Source: Candidatus Latescibacterota bacterium (GTDB lineage: Bacteria; Latescibacterota; UBA2968; GCA-2709665). Taken from it: a stretch of DNA of 64,000 nt. Positions 10,239 to 21,193 of this stretch are shown here, piece by piece. The notes below the pieces were generated by a model. It saw only the letters and a program-made list of their open reading frames with translations. It was not told where the DNA came from and made no database searches. The stretch is from assembly GCA_965205485.1 (NCBI GenBank), contig OZ242180.1:3456001-3520000 (forward strand). Reading direction: 5' to 3'. Within the stretch, counting starts at the first letter, position 1; the number at the start of each line of letters is the position of its first letter. The translations under genes were made by a program, and so were the position numbers.

Positions 10239-10315
10239 GCGATCAAGGCTTCCTGTCTGGTTGCGGGCACGTCCGCGCCACGCCCCTGATGTGTGTAGAA
10301 TAATGGAGGTTCGCA

Positions 10316-10696
10316 GTGCGATTCAACGGCATCTGCATCGTAACAGACAATGTGCCTCGATTATGCGCCTTCTACAGGAGGATTCTACAACTCCCACCTG
10401 AAGACGCGAACATCTTCGAGATTATTCCGACGGAGGGAGCGGTTTTGTCTATCTACTCATCGAAACGCACGGAGAATGCTGCGCCCGGATGCCTGGAGGG
10501 GTCAGGAAACGGCAGGTATACCATCGAGTTCGAAGTAGAAGACGTCGACCGGGAATTTGAACGTCTAACGGCGATGGATGTCGAGGTCGTCAAACCGCCC
10601 ACGACCCAACCATGGGGTCGCCGGTCCGTCTGGTTTCGCGATCCGGATCGCAACATCGTCAACTTCTACGCCAATACGCAGGTTCAAGGTGGCTGA
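10316..10696 (+). CDS. VOC/glyoxalase family protein
   Basis: IEFEVEDVD..F and QPWGRRSVWFRDPD.NIV. Confidence 0.9.
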   Translation: MRFNGICIVTDNVPRLCAFYRRILQLPPEDANIFEIIPTEGAVLSIYSSKRTENAAPGCLEGSGNGRYTIEFEVEDVDREFERLTAMDVEVVKPPTTQPWGRRSVWFRDPDRNIVNFYANTQVQGG

Positions 10697-10713
10697 GAAA
10701 GACGTAAACGGAC

Positions 10714-11652
10714 ATGACCTCGTCTCGAGTTAAACCGTGGCGTATTCGCCGATTGTATATGCTGGACCGGCAGGGTATCTGCGACGATGAGCTTCTTCTT
10801 GAGGTCGGATGGGGCCTCTTCGCCCGCGCGCAGGATGTGCTGGCGTTTCATCGCGCCCTCCGTGGAGAAGTCACCTGCGACAAGTGTCGGTCCATTGTCC
10901 ATCGCTCAATACGTGACCGGCAGCTTCAGACCAGAGAAGCCGAGGAGGCCCGCACCCGGTGTTTTCCTTGTCCGTCCTGCGGCCGAACCACTTCGTGGCC
11001 GGAATGCGCGAGTCCGCTGACGAAGAAGCCAAGGTGCCTCCGCTGCTGGGACAGTTTGCAGTGGCACTATTCCACAAACACGCTGTCGTGTTCTCGATGT
11101 AGCCGAAAGTGGCAATGGAACGTATACAGCAAATCGCCCAAGCGGCAGACCAGACTTCCATGCCCGCATTGCGGAGATATCATCCGGCGACCGAAACGAG
11201 AAAGACCGAAGCCGGTTGCGGCGGTTCCTGAAGGCGAATCAAGTGAGTTGACGTGTCCCAGGTGCGGCAGACCGGGCGCTCGTTGCGAAGGTTCATTCAA
11301 GTGCGCTCATTGCGGGTACGAACGCCCATGGCGCGCGTTTGCCAGGATGCTGAGAACGAAGGACGAACAACTGGAATGCGGCCAGTGCGGCCACACGTTC
11401 ACCTGGCACACGTGGCGGCGAGAACATAGTGATGCAAACATACGCACCGGGAATACAGCCGGGATTCGTGCGTTTGTATCGCAGTGGAAAACCGCGAAGA
11501 CCCCTCAGGCGCAGATGATCGAGATCGACAACCTGCTGCACACGATCCATGGCCGGGGCGCGATGGCGGCTGTTTTCATCGAGGGCAACCAGCAGACGGC
11601 AGCAGAGCTGCTGGATGAACTGGCCGGCCACGACACGACCACGGCGAAGTAG
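10714..11652 (+). CDS. Hypothetical multi-zinc-ribbon protein (8 CxxC)
   Basis: CDKC, CPSC, CLRC, CSRC, CPHC, CPRC, CAHC, CGQC between helical N- and C-terminal parts. Confidence 0.7.
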   Translation: MTSSRVKPWRIRRLYMLDRQGICDDELLLEVGWGLFARAQDVLAFHRALRGEVTCDKCRSIVHRSIRDRQLQTREAEEARTRCFPCPSCGRTTSWPECASPLTKKPRCLRCWDSLQWHYSTNTLSCSRCSRKWQWNVYSKSPKRQTRLPCPHCGDIIRRPKRERPKPVAAVPEGESSELTCPRCGRPGARCEGSFKCAHCGYERPWRAFARMLRTKDEQLECGQCGHTFTWHTWRREHSDANIRTGNTAGIRAFVSQWKTAKTPQAQMIEIDNLLHTIHGRGAMAAVFIEGNQQTAAELLDELAGHDTTTAK

Positions 11653-11711
11653 ACGCGCTAGTTAAAGCTGATTTCGTATATACAGCGGCACCGCTATCAC
11701 GAAAGCGCTGA

Positions 11712-12532
11712 ATGGATCGAATAGCGGCACATTACGGGAAAAAGAGCGAAAGCCAACGCCTCCTGAGCGGCCGGGGCGAACTGGAATTCGTCCGCACGAA
11801 GCGGATCATCGAACAGTTTCTGCCGTACGAAACCGGACTGTCGATCGCCGACGTCGGCGGAGGTTCCGGTCCCTACGCGTTCTGGCTTGCCGGGAAGGGA
11901 CATCGGGTCTCCCTGTTCGATCTGGTCCCCAAACACATTGATGAGGCTGTGTCGATTAACAGGACCGCGCGAAGACCTCTCGCCCGGATCGAGGTCGCCG
12001 ATGTACGGTCGATCGAACTTGGATCCGGACAGCACGACGTCGTGTTGCTCCTGGGACCGCTGTATCATCTCACCAGCGCAAAGGAACGCAGGCAGGTCCT
12101 GCGGAAAGCCGCCGATTGGCTGTCACCCGACGGCGTCGGGTACGTGGCATACATCTCACGGTTTGCGTCGATGCTGGATGGTTTCACGCAACGACTCTAC
12201 GTAGACCCGGAATTCCTGGATATTGTGAAGCAGGACCTGGAAACGGGCGTCCACAGACCCAACAGGGACAATACGAGGTACTTTACCGACGCGTATTTCC
12301 ACCATCCCGATGAGATCGAACGGGAAGCCGAGGAGGCGCATCTACAGGTCGTGGACCTCATCGCGCCGTGGAGGGAATTGCCTGGATGTGGCAGAATTTC
12401 GACGAGATGTGGGCAGACCCGCGAGAACGCGCGATCATGCTCGAGATGGTCGACCGAACGGACCGGGACCGTTCGCTCATGGGCGCAAGCAGCCACATTC
12501 TTCTGGTTTTCAAGAAGCAGGCCGTCGAGTGA
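11712..12532 (+). pseudogene. SAM-dependent methyltransferase, frameshifted near 12363
   Basis: IADVGGGSG, LLLGPLYHL; the natural C-terminus VEGIAWMW...SLMGASSHILLV continues in another frame to TGA 12530-12532. Confidence 0.75.
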
Positions 12533-12985
12533 CGACAGGAATTGCACCAAACGGAAACGCCCCGTTGTCAAAATGGGCAACCCGAAAACATGGTTCTACG
12601 TACTTCGCAACACTTCGACGAGCTCAGGTAATTGCCTACGAAAGGGACACCGGTCGAGGTTTACCAGCCAGATTTAGTGCATCGGCCTATTGACTTTCAT
12701 TGAGCTATACCAGACGCCGGCATTGACCATGTAATTACCGCTTTTCGAAGCAACTCATCGACGAATGGCAGTACATTTCATCTCCGCGGCTAAGGGAGGA
12801 ATCGAAATCGCCAATAGGGATGATTCAGAGCATTGAGACGACGTACGTTTGGAATCATCACTACCCGACGAATCTCGCGAAAACTACTTTTGCCTTGGTG
12901 AGGTTTTGGGTGTAGACTGCGCGGCCGGGTTAGGGATGATTATTTGCAATTGATTGGGCGCAATTGATGAACGTAGGAGGCAACA

Positions 12986-13387
12986 ATGCGCATTCGGGAG
13001 TTCAAGTTATCAGATGCTGAATGCCTTGTGGAGATTCTTCGACTGAATGGCCAATATTCCAGGGCAGATGTTGAAGGACCAGACGCTATGGAGAGATTCG
13101 CTCAACACGACATAACGCTGTTCCTGGTAGCCGAGGAAGCAGGTCGACCGACGGGATTGTTGCGCGCCGTATATGACGGCTCAAGAGCTATGGTACACCT
13201 TCTTTCGATACATCCTGAATTTCGTGGCAAGGGAGTCGGTTCAGATCTGCTTTCAGCTGCTCAAACCGAACTACGGCGCCGTGGCGCTCCTGGACTAAGT
13301 GTTACTGTAACCGAGGAGAGTGCAGGATTTTGGGAAAGGCACGGGTTTAGCCGCTTACCGGTCTTCCTGATGCTAAAGGACTTCTGA
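12986..13387 (+). CDS. GNAT N-acetyltransferase
   Basis: IHPEFRGKGVG, FWERHGF; RBS AGGAGG. Confidence 0.9.
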   Translation: MRIREFKLSDAECLVEILRLNGQYSRADVEGPDAMERFAQHDITLFLVAEEAGRPTGLLRAVYDGSRAMVHLLSIHPEFRGKGVGSDLLSAAQTELRRRGAPGLSVTVTEESAGFWERHGFSRLPVFLMLKDF

Positions 13388-13653
13388 TAACATTGAGATA
13401 ATGAACAACGTTTAACGCCTCGATCTGTCGGAACACTCTGATTTGCTTCGTGAAACCGGATCAGTTCTGCGTAAAGATCCGAAATTGCAGAAAATCCTGC
13501 GGGTGATGGTGTGGCAAGATTCGCAGATTACGCAAATTTAACGCGGTTGATCCGGCAACCTGGATATGTCACGCGGTATACGGACAAAAATGGCACGGAC
13601 ATTCGTCAATCTAAGCAAACATACGTGAGAGTTGAGAAAGGAGAGGAACAGGC

Positions 13654-14988
13654 ATGCTTCGAATCCAATTGACAATCGCGCAGACGTTGATTGCTGCGCT
13701 GATCCCCATTTCCTCGGTGATTGCCGACGAGTGGCCGCAGTGGCGAGGGCCGAACCGGGACGGTGTATGGCGTGAAACCGGAATATTGGAGGCGTTCGAC
13801 GGGCCGGGGGTCCCGATCCGCTGGCGGGTGCCCATCGGCAGCGGCTACAGCGGCCCGAGCGTCGCCGATGGACGTGTCTACGTTACCGACCGGCTGGCGA
13901 AACCGAAACAGGTTGAACGGGTCCGTTGTTTCGCGTGGGAAACGGGAGAACTGCTATGGTCCTACACGTACGACTGCGAGTACAGAATTGACTACGTTGC
14001 CGGCCCCCGGGCGACGGTTACCGTGCATAAGGGTCTGGCCTACGCCCTCGGGGCGATGGGTCATCTCCACTGTTTCGATGCGGTCACGGGCGAATTGAAG
14101 TGGAAAAGAGAATTGAACGCGGAATACAATATCGCGATGCCGACGTGGGGCATCGCCAGCGCGCCTATCGTCGAAGGATCGAACCTGATCGTACAGATCG
14201 GCGGCACGCCCGATGCATGCATTGTCGCGTTCGACCGGGAAACGGGAGCAGAGAGATGGAAAGCCCTTGGCGATAAGGCATCTTATTCCGCCCCAATTGT
14301 GATTACGCAGGGCACGGCGCGCGTTCTGGTCGTTCGGACGGCTGAGAGCATCGCCGGTCTCAATCCGCAGACCGGCGGCGTATATTGGCGCCATCCGTTT
14401 CCGCCAAATCGCATGGAGATCGGAATCGCAAGTCCGGTCCTTTATCGGAACGAGTTGTTTTTTACTGACTTCTTTGACGGCTCGCTGCTGCTGATTTTGA
14501 ATCCGGACGAACCATCGATGAAACCCGGCTGGCACCGCAGGGGAGAGAGCGAAAGAAACACGGACGCGCTCCATTCGACGATGTCGACCCCGGTCCGCAT
14601 TGGCGAATTCATTTACGGCGTGGACAGCTACGGGGAACTCCGCTGTCTCGACGCCCGCAACGGCGATCGCATCTGGGAAGACCTCACGGCGGTACCCAAA
14701 GCCCGTTGGAGCAACATCCATTTTATCAGGAACGGAGACAGGGTCTGGATGTTCAATGAACGGGGAGAACTGTTGATCACCACGCTCTCGCCGGACGGGC
14801 TGAACATCATCAGCCGCGCGAAACTCATCGAACCCACGCGAGACCAGTTGAATCGCAGAGGCGGCGTCACGTGGTCGCATCCCGCTTTCGCCTATAAACA
14901 CGTGTTCGCCCGAAACGACGAGGAACTGGTCTGCGCCAGTCTGGCGAAGTCTGAAAGCGCGGGAGATCACGCCCCGGGAAACCGATAA
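13654..14988 (+). CDS. Secreted PQQ-binding-like (BamB-like) beta-propeller protein
   Basis: Signal peptide then DEWPQWRGPNRDG; repeated CFDAxTGE..W blades. Confidence 0.85.
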   Translation: MLRIQLTIAQTLIAALIPISSVIADEWPQWRGPNRDGVWRETGILEAFDGPGVPIRWRVPIGSGYSGPSVADGRVYVTDRLAKPKQVERVRCFAWETGELLWSYTYDCEYRIDYVAGPRATVTVHKGLAYALGAMGHLHCFDAVTGELKWKRELNAEYNIAMPTWGIASAPIVEGSNLIVQIGGTPDACIVAFDRETGAERWKALGDKASYSAPIVITQGTARVLVVRTAESIAGLNPQTGGVYWRHPFPPNRMEIGIASPVLYRNELFFTDFFDGSLLLILNPDEPSMKPGWHRRGESERNTDALHSTMSTPVRIGEFIYGVDSYGELRCLDARNGDRIWEDLTAVPKARWSNIHFIRNGDRVWMFNERGELLITTLSPDGLNIISRAKLIEPTRDQLNRRGGVTWSHPAFAYKHVFARNDEELVCASLAKSESAGDHAPGNR

Positions 14989-15040
14989 TGCACGCCTGCA
15001 ATGTCCATCCCACCTTCACACCCGCTTCCCGAGCAGCCGA

Positions 15041-16111
15041 ATGTCGTTAGAGCACGCGGATCCGGATAACTCGCCGCCGGAAGACTCTGCAGTTCTTGAA
15101 GCCATCCTGATTGGGCCTCAACTTGAACGTTTCTGTGACGAGTTCGGGCTGACGCCTGGAGAGCTCGAACCCGACTTCACCGGATGGTCCAAGCACATCA
15201 TCAAGTCTCCGGATCATGTCTTTCTGTTTCCAAGACATCCAAAATACCAGTGTTCTCTGAATGTCGAGTTGGAACTATACAGGCTCTTCAGCGAACTGGA
15301 TCAATTGCCCGTGCCCAGGCACGTAAGGGCGGTCGAGAACCGCGAATTGAGCCCGTACCGGTTCGGCGTTGTCACGCGGCTGCACGGGATCCTGCTCGGA
15401 AACATCGAACACAGGTTAGGCGCAAGCGACTATGAGGAATTGCTTCGCACGATCGGACGGCTCACGGCGATCTGGCACAACCTTGATTTGGGTCATAAAA
15501 CTGATTTCCTGAAACCACTGTCTCAGGATATGGACGGCGATCATGGCGACTCGTATCGATGGCTGTATGGGGCGCTGCGTTCGGGTTTGCCGGGCGAAGC
15601 ACCGGATTTAATCGCTTCATCGGTCCGCGAATTGGCTGCAGGAGGCGGCACGGAGGATTTCGGTGACCTGAACTCCGCCTCGACGATAGACCAGTGGCAG
15701 AGGGCGTTGTCAGAATTGGCGGGGATGGACGACGTGCTGCTTCATGGCGATATCCACGAAGACCAGATTCTCGTCCGTTCCGAACGGGACCTGGAAGTAA
15801 CCGGGATCCTGGACTGGGGAAACGCAGGTTTCGGGAATCCCGCCCTTGAGTTCAACTTCGGAGAATGGGGCGCTGAGATCTGGCGTTACCGGGATAGATT
15901 CGGCACGTTTAGAGAGGTAATCTGGCGGGAGTACCTTCACGCACTGGGACTTGACGGACCGTCGTGGGAGGCCATACACATCCTTTACACCCTGCAGGAA
16001 CTCATCTGGACGATGACTGCGCGAAAGCCCATCGGAAACGAAGGTGGATCGTACGAGTCCGAAATGCGAAGGCTGCTTCGGATATTGAGAGAGACGACAG
16101 AAATGCTTTGA
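15041..16111 (+). CDS. APH/choline kinase-like phosphotransferase
   Basis: LLHGDIHEDQILV...GILDWG (Brenner-type motif). Confidence 0.8.
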   Translation: MSLEHADPDNSPPEDSAVLEAILIGPQLERFCDEFGLTPGELEPDFTGWSKHIIKSPDHVFLFPRHPKYQCSLNVELELYRLFSELDQLPVPRHVRAVENRELSPYRFGVVTRLHGILLGNIEHRLGASDYEELLRTIGRLTAIWHNLDLGHKTDFLKPLSQDMDGDHGDSYRWLYGALRSGLPGEAPDLIASSVRELAAGGGTEDFGDLNSASTIDQWQRALSELAGMDDVLLHGDIHEDQILVRSERDLEVTGILDWGNAGFGNPALEFNFGEWGAEIWRYRDRFGTFREVIWREYLHALGLDGPSWEAIHILYTLQELIWTMTARKPIGNEGGSYESEMRRLLRILRETTEML

Positions 16112-16142
16112 AAAGTGAGTTCGCGATCCGTGTGAGATTGAG

Positions 16143-16835
16143 ATGATTAATGTATTGTTGTTCGACGTCGGGGAGACCATTCTCGATGCCGAAGGTCAGC
16201 AGGATGCCCTGATGGAAGTGCATCGAACCACACTTGCCAGATTCGGATTCGAAATGTCCGTTGAAGAGTACCGGCTTCTGGACAGTGACAAGATATCGCA
16301 GTTCGTTCCGAGTCCCATGCACGCCATCACCCGGCACTTTGCCGGATCTGACGCGTCCCTCTTCGATGAGATTACAGAGCAGGTGCGATCTCACTATCCG
16401 GAGATTCGGTCTCTCGGGTATCGCCTTTATTCCGGAGCCGCTGTGATACTGGAGCAGTTGGCTGAGAAATACACGCTCGCGCTGGCCGGCAACGCGCCGG
16501 CGAGTATCACAAACGTCCTCGACGATCTTGGCGTACTCCGCTGGTTTCAACACAGGGAGGTGTCGGGTAGTATTGGGATCAAAAAGCCCGATGAGCGTTT
16601 CTTTCACACGATACTCGACATGGGCGGATTTTCGCCTTCGCAGGCGATCATGATCGGTGATCGCCTCGACAACGATATCATTCCGGCAAAAAGGCTTGGC
16701 ATCCGGACCATCTGGTTCCGGCAGGGGAGATATGCCGCGCTGGAACCACGGGAACCGGATGAAGTCCCGGACGAGACGATTACCAACCTGGAAGACCTGC
16801 CCTCGGCGGTAGCTTCAATCACGAAGAGGGTCTGA
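16143..16835 (+). CDS. HAD-superfamily hydrolase
   Basis: FDVGETI, KKPD, IGDRLDNDI. Confidence 0.9.
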   Translation: MINVLLFDVGETILDAEGQQDALMEVHRTTLARFGFEMSVEEYRLLDSDKISQFVPSPMHAITRHFAGSDASLFDEITEQVRSHYPEIRSLGYRLYSGAAVILEQLAEKYTLALAGNAPASITNVLDDLGVLRWFQHREVSGSIGIKKPDERFFHTILDMGGFSPSQAIMIGDRLDNDIIPAKRLGIRTIWFRQGRYAALEPREPDEVPDETITNLEDLPSAVASITKRV

Positions 16836-16925
16836 ATTTCGACGGCGGTACGTTGCATATATTGCGGCGCTTTCCGTTACGCAAGCCGTGTCAAAAAGTC
16901 AGCAGCCGTTGGGAGGTCGATTTAA

Positions 16926-17729
16926 ATGGCCAAAGACATCTCCGCCAGGCCGCGGCAATACTGGGATGAATACGCGTCCCGGTTCAAGCATAGAAGCCTT
17001 GCGGATGCCTACGAGCTTCGTCCGCCATATCCGGACGAGGCGTATGAAATAATGAGAGAGTTGCTTGGTGCGTCGCCGGGCAGGATCCTGGACGTCGGAT
17101 GCGGGACGGGTAAGATCGCGCGGAACCTCGTCGAATACGTGGATGGTGTGGATGCAGTTGACTTTTCGTACGAGATGATTCGCGTCGGACAGTCACTGAA
17201 CAACGGGGATCATCCGCGTCTCAGATGGATCTGTGGCCGGACGGAGGACGTGGATCTGAACCCCCCGTATTCCCTGGTGACAGCGGGCGCCAGTATTCAT
17301 TGGATGGAGTGGAGCAAGGTCTTTCCGAGATTCAGGCAAGCGTTGCCGGATTGTGGGTACGTTGTCATTGTGGACGGCGACAGGCCCGTCGAGCCGCCCT
17401 GGCGGGATGCAGAGCTTGTGTTGATTCGAGAGTTTTCGACGAACCCGCACTATGAGGACGTCGACCTGATTCAGGAACTCAAACAGCGGGGACACCTTCT
17501 CCCGTTCGGAGACAAACAGACTGAACCCGTTCATTTTTCGCAATCGATACGGGACTACGTCGGTTCGTTTCATTCGCGCGAAAGTATGTCAGTCGAACAC
17601 ATGGGCAGGAAAAACGCGGCGGTCTTCGATGCCGAATTGACGAGCATCCTCCGCGACTACGCGGATGAAGCCGGGATGCTGAGCTTTATTCTCCAGACGC
17701 GGGTTTCGTGGGGAAGGCCGCTCGGCTAG
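16926..17729 (+). CDS. Class I SAM-dependent methyltransferase
   Basis: RPPYP, ILDVGCGTG, SIHWM. Confidence 0.9.
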   Translation: MAKDISARPRQYWDEYASRFKHRSLADAYELRPPYPDEAYEIMRELLGASPGRILDVGCGTGKIARNLVEYVDGVDAVDFSYEMIRVGQSLNNGDHPRLRWICGRTEDVDLNPPYSLVTAGASIHWMEWSKVFPRFRQALPDCGYVVIVDGDRPVEPPWRDAELVLIREFSTNPHYEDVDLIQELKQRGHLLPFGDKQTEPVHFSQSIRDYVGSFHSRESMSVEHMGRKNAAVFDAELTSILRDYADEAGMLSFILQTRVSWGRPLG

Positions 17730-17829
17730 AGAAATCAGCGGATTGCCGAGCGGAGGCCGGGCGCACACAGGGGACGCTCGTGCCTGTCAATGATGTCCAA
17801 ACAACCACGCCGGGACGAAAGGAGCAGCA

Positions 17830-18201
17830 ATGAAGATGAGTAATCCCTACCGATCTGCAGTCGGAGTCGCGCTTGCGACAGCGTTGATACTCCTCTGGGT
17901 GAACGGCGCGGTCGGCGTGATCGGATCGGAGAACAACGACGCGAACCTGATGTATATCGGCGTGCTCGGCATTGGAGTCATCGGCGCCGTCGTCGCGCGA
18001 TTCCAGCCGCGCGGCATGTCATTCGCGCTGTTCGCCACGGCGATCGCTCAGGCGCTCGTGACCCTGGTGGCGATAATCGGAGAGTTGGGCTCTCCAGCCA
18101 GCGGTTCGCTGGATCTCTTGCTCCTGAACGGGCTCTTCATCGCTTTATGGGTCATGTCGGCCTGTTTGTTCCGGCAGACCGCGCGGACTGCCGCCGCTTG
18201 A
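17830..18201 (+). CDS. Hypothetical membrane protein (about 4 TM segments)
   Basis: Hydrophobic segments; GVIGSENNDANLMY; RBS AAGGAG. Confidence 0.75.
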   Translation: MKMSNPYRSAVGVALATALILLWVNGAVGVIGSENNDANLMYIGVLGIGVIGAVVARFQPRGMSFALFATAIAQALVTLVAIIGELGSPASGSLDLLLLNGLFIALWVMSACLFRQTARTAAA

Positions 18202-18219
18202 GGTCGGGAAGAGCAACCC

Positions 18220-19036
18220 ATGACTTCGTCTGAAACGGCGCCGCCTCTCGGTACATTCTCCTGGTTCGGCTACGAACTGCCTCTCTCTGATCGCCTGAGG
18301 TTGATCAGGAAGAGTGGTTTCAGTCACACGTTTCTGTGGATGGGAAATCAGGAACCGATGGTTGAATCCGGTCGTGCTCACGAAATGCCCGCAATGACTG
18401 CAGATGCCGGACTCGCCATTGATCACGTCCATGCGTCATACGACAATGCGAATGCGTTCTGGTCCGACAGCCCCGCCGAACGCGATGTTGTGGTCGATGA
18501 GAACCTTGAGCTGATCGAGTACTGCTGCCGGCATTCCATTTCCTGCATCGTGCTGCACGTCACGAAGGGGCCAACACCGCCTCCGTCTCGCACGGAAGGC
18601 CTGGAGATCTTTCGAAGACTGGGAGAGGAGGCGGCAAGAAGCGGGATCAGGTTGGCGCTCGAGAATACAAGGGTTACCGGTCGTGTGGACTTCATTCTGA
18701 ATGAGCTTCCTCTTGAGAGCCTGGGCTTGTGCTACGACAGTTCGCACGACACCCTGTATTCCGATACGCCCGGCGTTGTGCTTGGACAAGTGGGCGCATC
18801 GTCTCTTCACGACGCACTTTTCGGACACTGACGGTCGGGCTGACGTTCACTGGCTGCCGATGAAGGGAATCGTAAATTGGGATGCTGTATCCAGTGCGTA
18901 TCCCTCGTCGCACCCGGGCCCGATAATGATTGAGGCGGTCCCCCAAGACCCCGCGCAACCACCCGCTGAGTTTCTCGATGATGCGTACCGGACGGCAGTC
19001 AGACTGAGAGAGAGGCTGCTTGCCGGACACGAGTAG
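18220..19036 (+). pseudogene. Sugar phosphate isomerase/epimerase (xylose isomerase-like TIM barrel), frameshifted near 18784
   Basis: LALENT, CYDSSHD; continues in another frame as DKWAHRLFTTHFSD..HWLPMKG.VNW. Confidence 0.75.
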
Positions 19037-19132
19037 CGACGATAAGTCGAATTGACACGCCGTTCGCAATTGGTCCGGAGGCGGTCCATTAAGAAAGTAC
19101 GGTCAGAGGCAGTAATGGACGAAGCGAAACGG

Positions 19133-19159
19133 CGGGCGCCGACAAGGGACGCCCCTACA
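19133..19159 (-). repeat. GTAG-type REP
   Basis: Minus strand GTAG-GGGCGTCC-cttgt-CGGCGCCC; copies at 22920 and 31998. Confidence 0.75.
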
Positions 19160-19253
19160 GGGCGAGGAGCAGCGTTCGCGGTCTGGCGAACTGACACCCG
19201 ACAAGCAGCTCTGGTAGTTGTCTCGCGGAATCCACACCAAACAGGAGACACGA

Positions 19254-20642
19254 ATGACCCTGCAACTCAGAGCAGTCCTCTTCCTTGCGGTTGTGTGTCA
19301 GACCACTTCGGTCCCGGCGCAAGCCGCAAGTCTCATCGCAGGTCCGCTGATCGGCCATACCACAACGACGTCGGCAACGATCTGGGTTGAAACGGACGCC
19401 GCCGCGACGGTTCGAATTGACTACTGGGTTGAGCCCCGGGTCATGTTTCACCGGACCTTTAAAGAGCCGATGTCCAGGGGCTCAGCCGAAGCAAGAACGG
19501 AATCAACGACGCCATATACGTGCGCCATCGAACTTTCCGGTCTGCCACCGGGGCGGCTGGTCTATTACGATGTCTACGTCGACGGCAAGATAGTACGTCC
19601 CCTGACCGTCCAGGTGTTTCCACTTATGCCGCCCGAATCGATCTTGGAAACAGAACCCGAACGAATCACTGAATTCACAGTCGCCTTCGGATCGTGCAAT
19701 CTGCCCGCGAGAGTGCCTGTTCAATCGATCTGGTCACAGGTTGCGAGGTTCCGCCCGGCCGCCTTTCTGTTTATCGGCGACAACAATTACATGCCGGGGA
19801 AGGCGGAAGGATTTGATCTCCCCGAAGGCAGCGTCAGAGAGATCATGTCCCTCTACCATCGGAGATTCAGGCAGGTCCCCGGGCTCAGAGACATCGTCGC
19901 CACCACACCCAGCTACGGCATCTGGGACGACCACGACTTCGGACCGAACAATTCCGACCGGACATTCAGGTGGCGGGATCTCGCAATCGAGACGTTTCGC
20001 CGTTACTGGCCGAACCCATACCCCGAGTCCTCGGGTGCGCCCGGCGTCTTCCACAGGTTCCGGATAGCCGACGTAGAGTTCTTCATGCTCGACAACCGCT
20101 CTCACAGGGACCCAAACGAAGCGGAGGACAGATCCACGATGTTTGGTGAGGGCCAACTCGAATGGCTCAAGGCCAAACTGAAGAGCAGCACGGCCACCTT
20201 CAAGGTGATCGCTTCCGGCGGTACGGCGGTTGTTGATGAAACCGGAGAGACATGGTCGAATTTCGGCGACGAACGCGATCGGTTCTTCGCGTGGCTCTTT
20301 GAGGAAGATATCACCGGCGTCTTCTTTCTCGCCGGGGATTGGCACTCGGGTGTACTCCATCGCCTGGACCGACCGGGGTTTGACTATCCACTCTATGAAC
20401 TCATGAGTTCAAATCTGGCCGTCCGACGACGCAACCCGGATCCCACGCCCGGTGGAGGAGCCCTTCGGGGCGGAGGTCCTCAATCGGCGGCGCCATACGT
20501 CAGAGACTACAACTTCGGGCTTTTGAGGTTTGTTGGAGAGAAAGGCAACCGGGAAGTCTATCTTCAAATCATCGACGACACAGGCAAGATCAGAATCAGC
20601 CAGCTACTCTCAGAAGAATATCTGAGGCCGATAGAGGACTAA
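19254..20642 (+). CDS. PhoD-like alkaline phosphatase D family metallophosphatase
   Basis: AFGSC, GDNNY, IWDDHDFG, LDNRS, GDWH; signal peptide. Confidence 0.85.
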   Translation: MTLQLRAVLFLAVVCQTTSVPAQAASLIAGPLIGHTTTTSATIWVETDAAATVRIDYWVEPRVMFHRTFKEPMSRGSAEARTESTTPYTCAIELSGLPPGRLVYYDVYVDGKIVRPLTVQVFPLMPPESILETEPERITEFTVAFGSCNLPARVPVQSIWSQVARFRPAAFLFIGDNNYMPGKAEGFDLPEGSVREIMSLYHRRFRQVPGLRDIVATTPSYGIWDDHDFGPNNSDRTFRWRDLAIETFRRYWPNPYPESSGAPGVFHRFRIADVEFFMLDNRSHRDPNEAEDRSTMFGEGQLEWLKAKLKSSTATFKVIASGGTAVVDETGETWSNFGDERDRFFAWLFEEDITGVFFLAGDWHSGVLHRLDRPGFDYPLYELMSSNLAVRRRNPDPTPGGGALRGGGPQSAAPYVRDYNFGLLRFVGEKGNREVYLQIIDDTGKIRISQLLSEEYLRPIED

Positions 20643-21193
20643 GGGCGCGTCCCTCGACACGATTCACAAGGGCCTCGTGAAAACCTCCTCCGGCCCAACT
20701 TGACCGAGGAAAGACCGCGATCACCCAAGACACCTGCCTGAGAACGGATTCGAGATCTACTGTGCGGGAACTGAGCGGCACGAGACTGGGATGGAGAGTA
20801 AATATGGAACAGCGACCAGAGGTGTCGGAGCTGGCGTTGGAAGGCGCTGCTTCTGTATACGAGTTCATCGAACGCACGTCCGTTCCAACGGCAGAAGGTG
20901 TACGCTGGCAGAGCGGCTGCGCTTGACCTTGGGCATGCCCTCACCACCGGTCGACAGTTTTTTGGCAGGATCCGGGTGAAGGCTCAGTGGTACAGCTTGG
21001 GACTCGCGAACCAGGAGCCACCTTCGCTATTCGGGAATTTCGGTAATGGGAATTACGCTGGGTCGTGGCTCCGTCGCATTTGCATCTTCAGTGAATCCTG
21101 GTGTCAAGGTTCATGGCAGGCGAACGACACCGTGCGCCAGCGAACCATTGGGTGAAACCGCGCATCATATAGCTGCCTCGGAGCGTCGTAGCT

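Noticed and set aside
12926..13420. attC-bounded cassette around the lower-GC GNAT (GTTAGGG upstream, GATAAC downstream)
   Set aside because: The core and inverse-core candidates are not complementary, and there is no L-box or hairpin.
20791..21155. Short overlapping ORFs between the phoD-like gene and the nucleotidyltransferase
   Set aside because: Possibly a decayed gene, but no recognisable motif supports a call.
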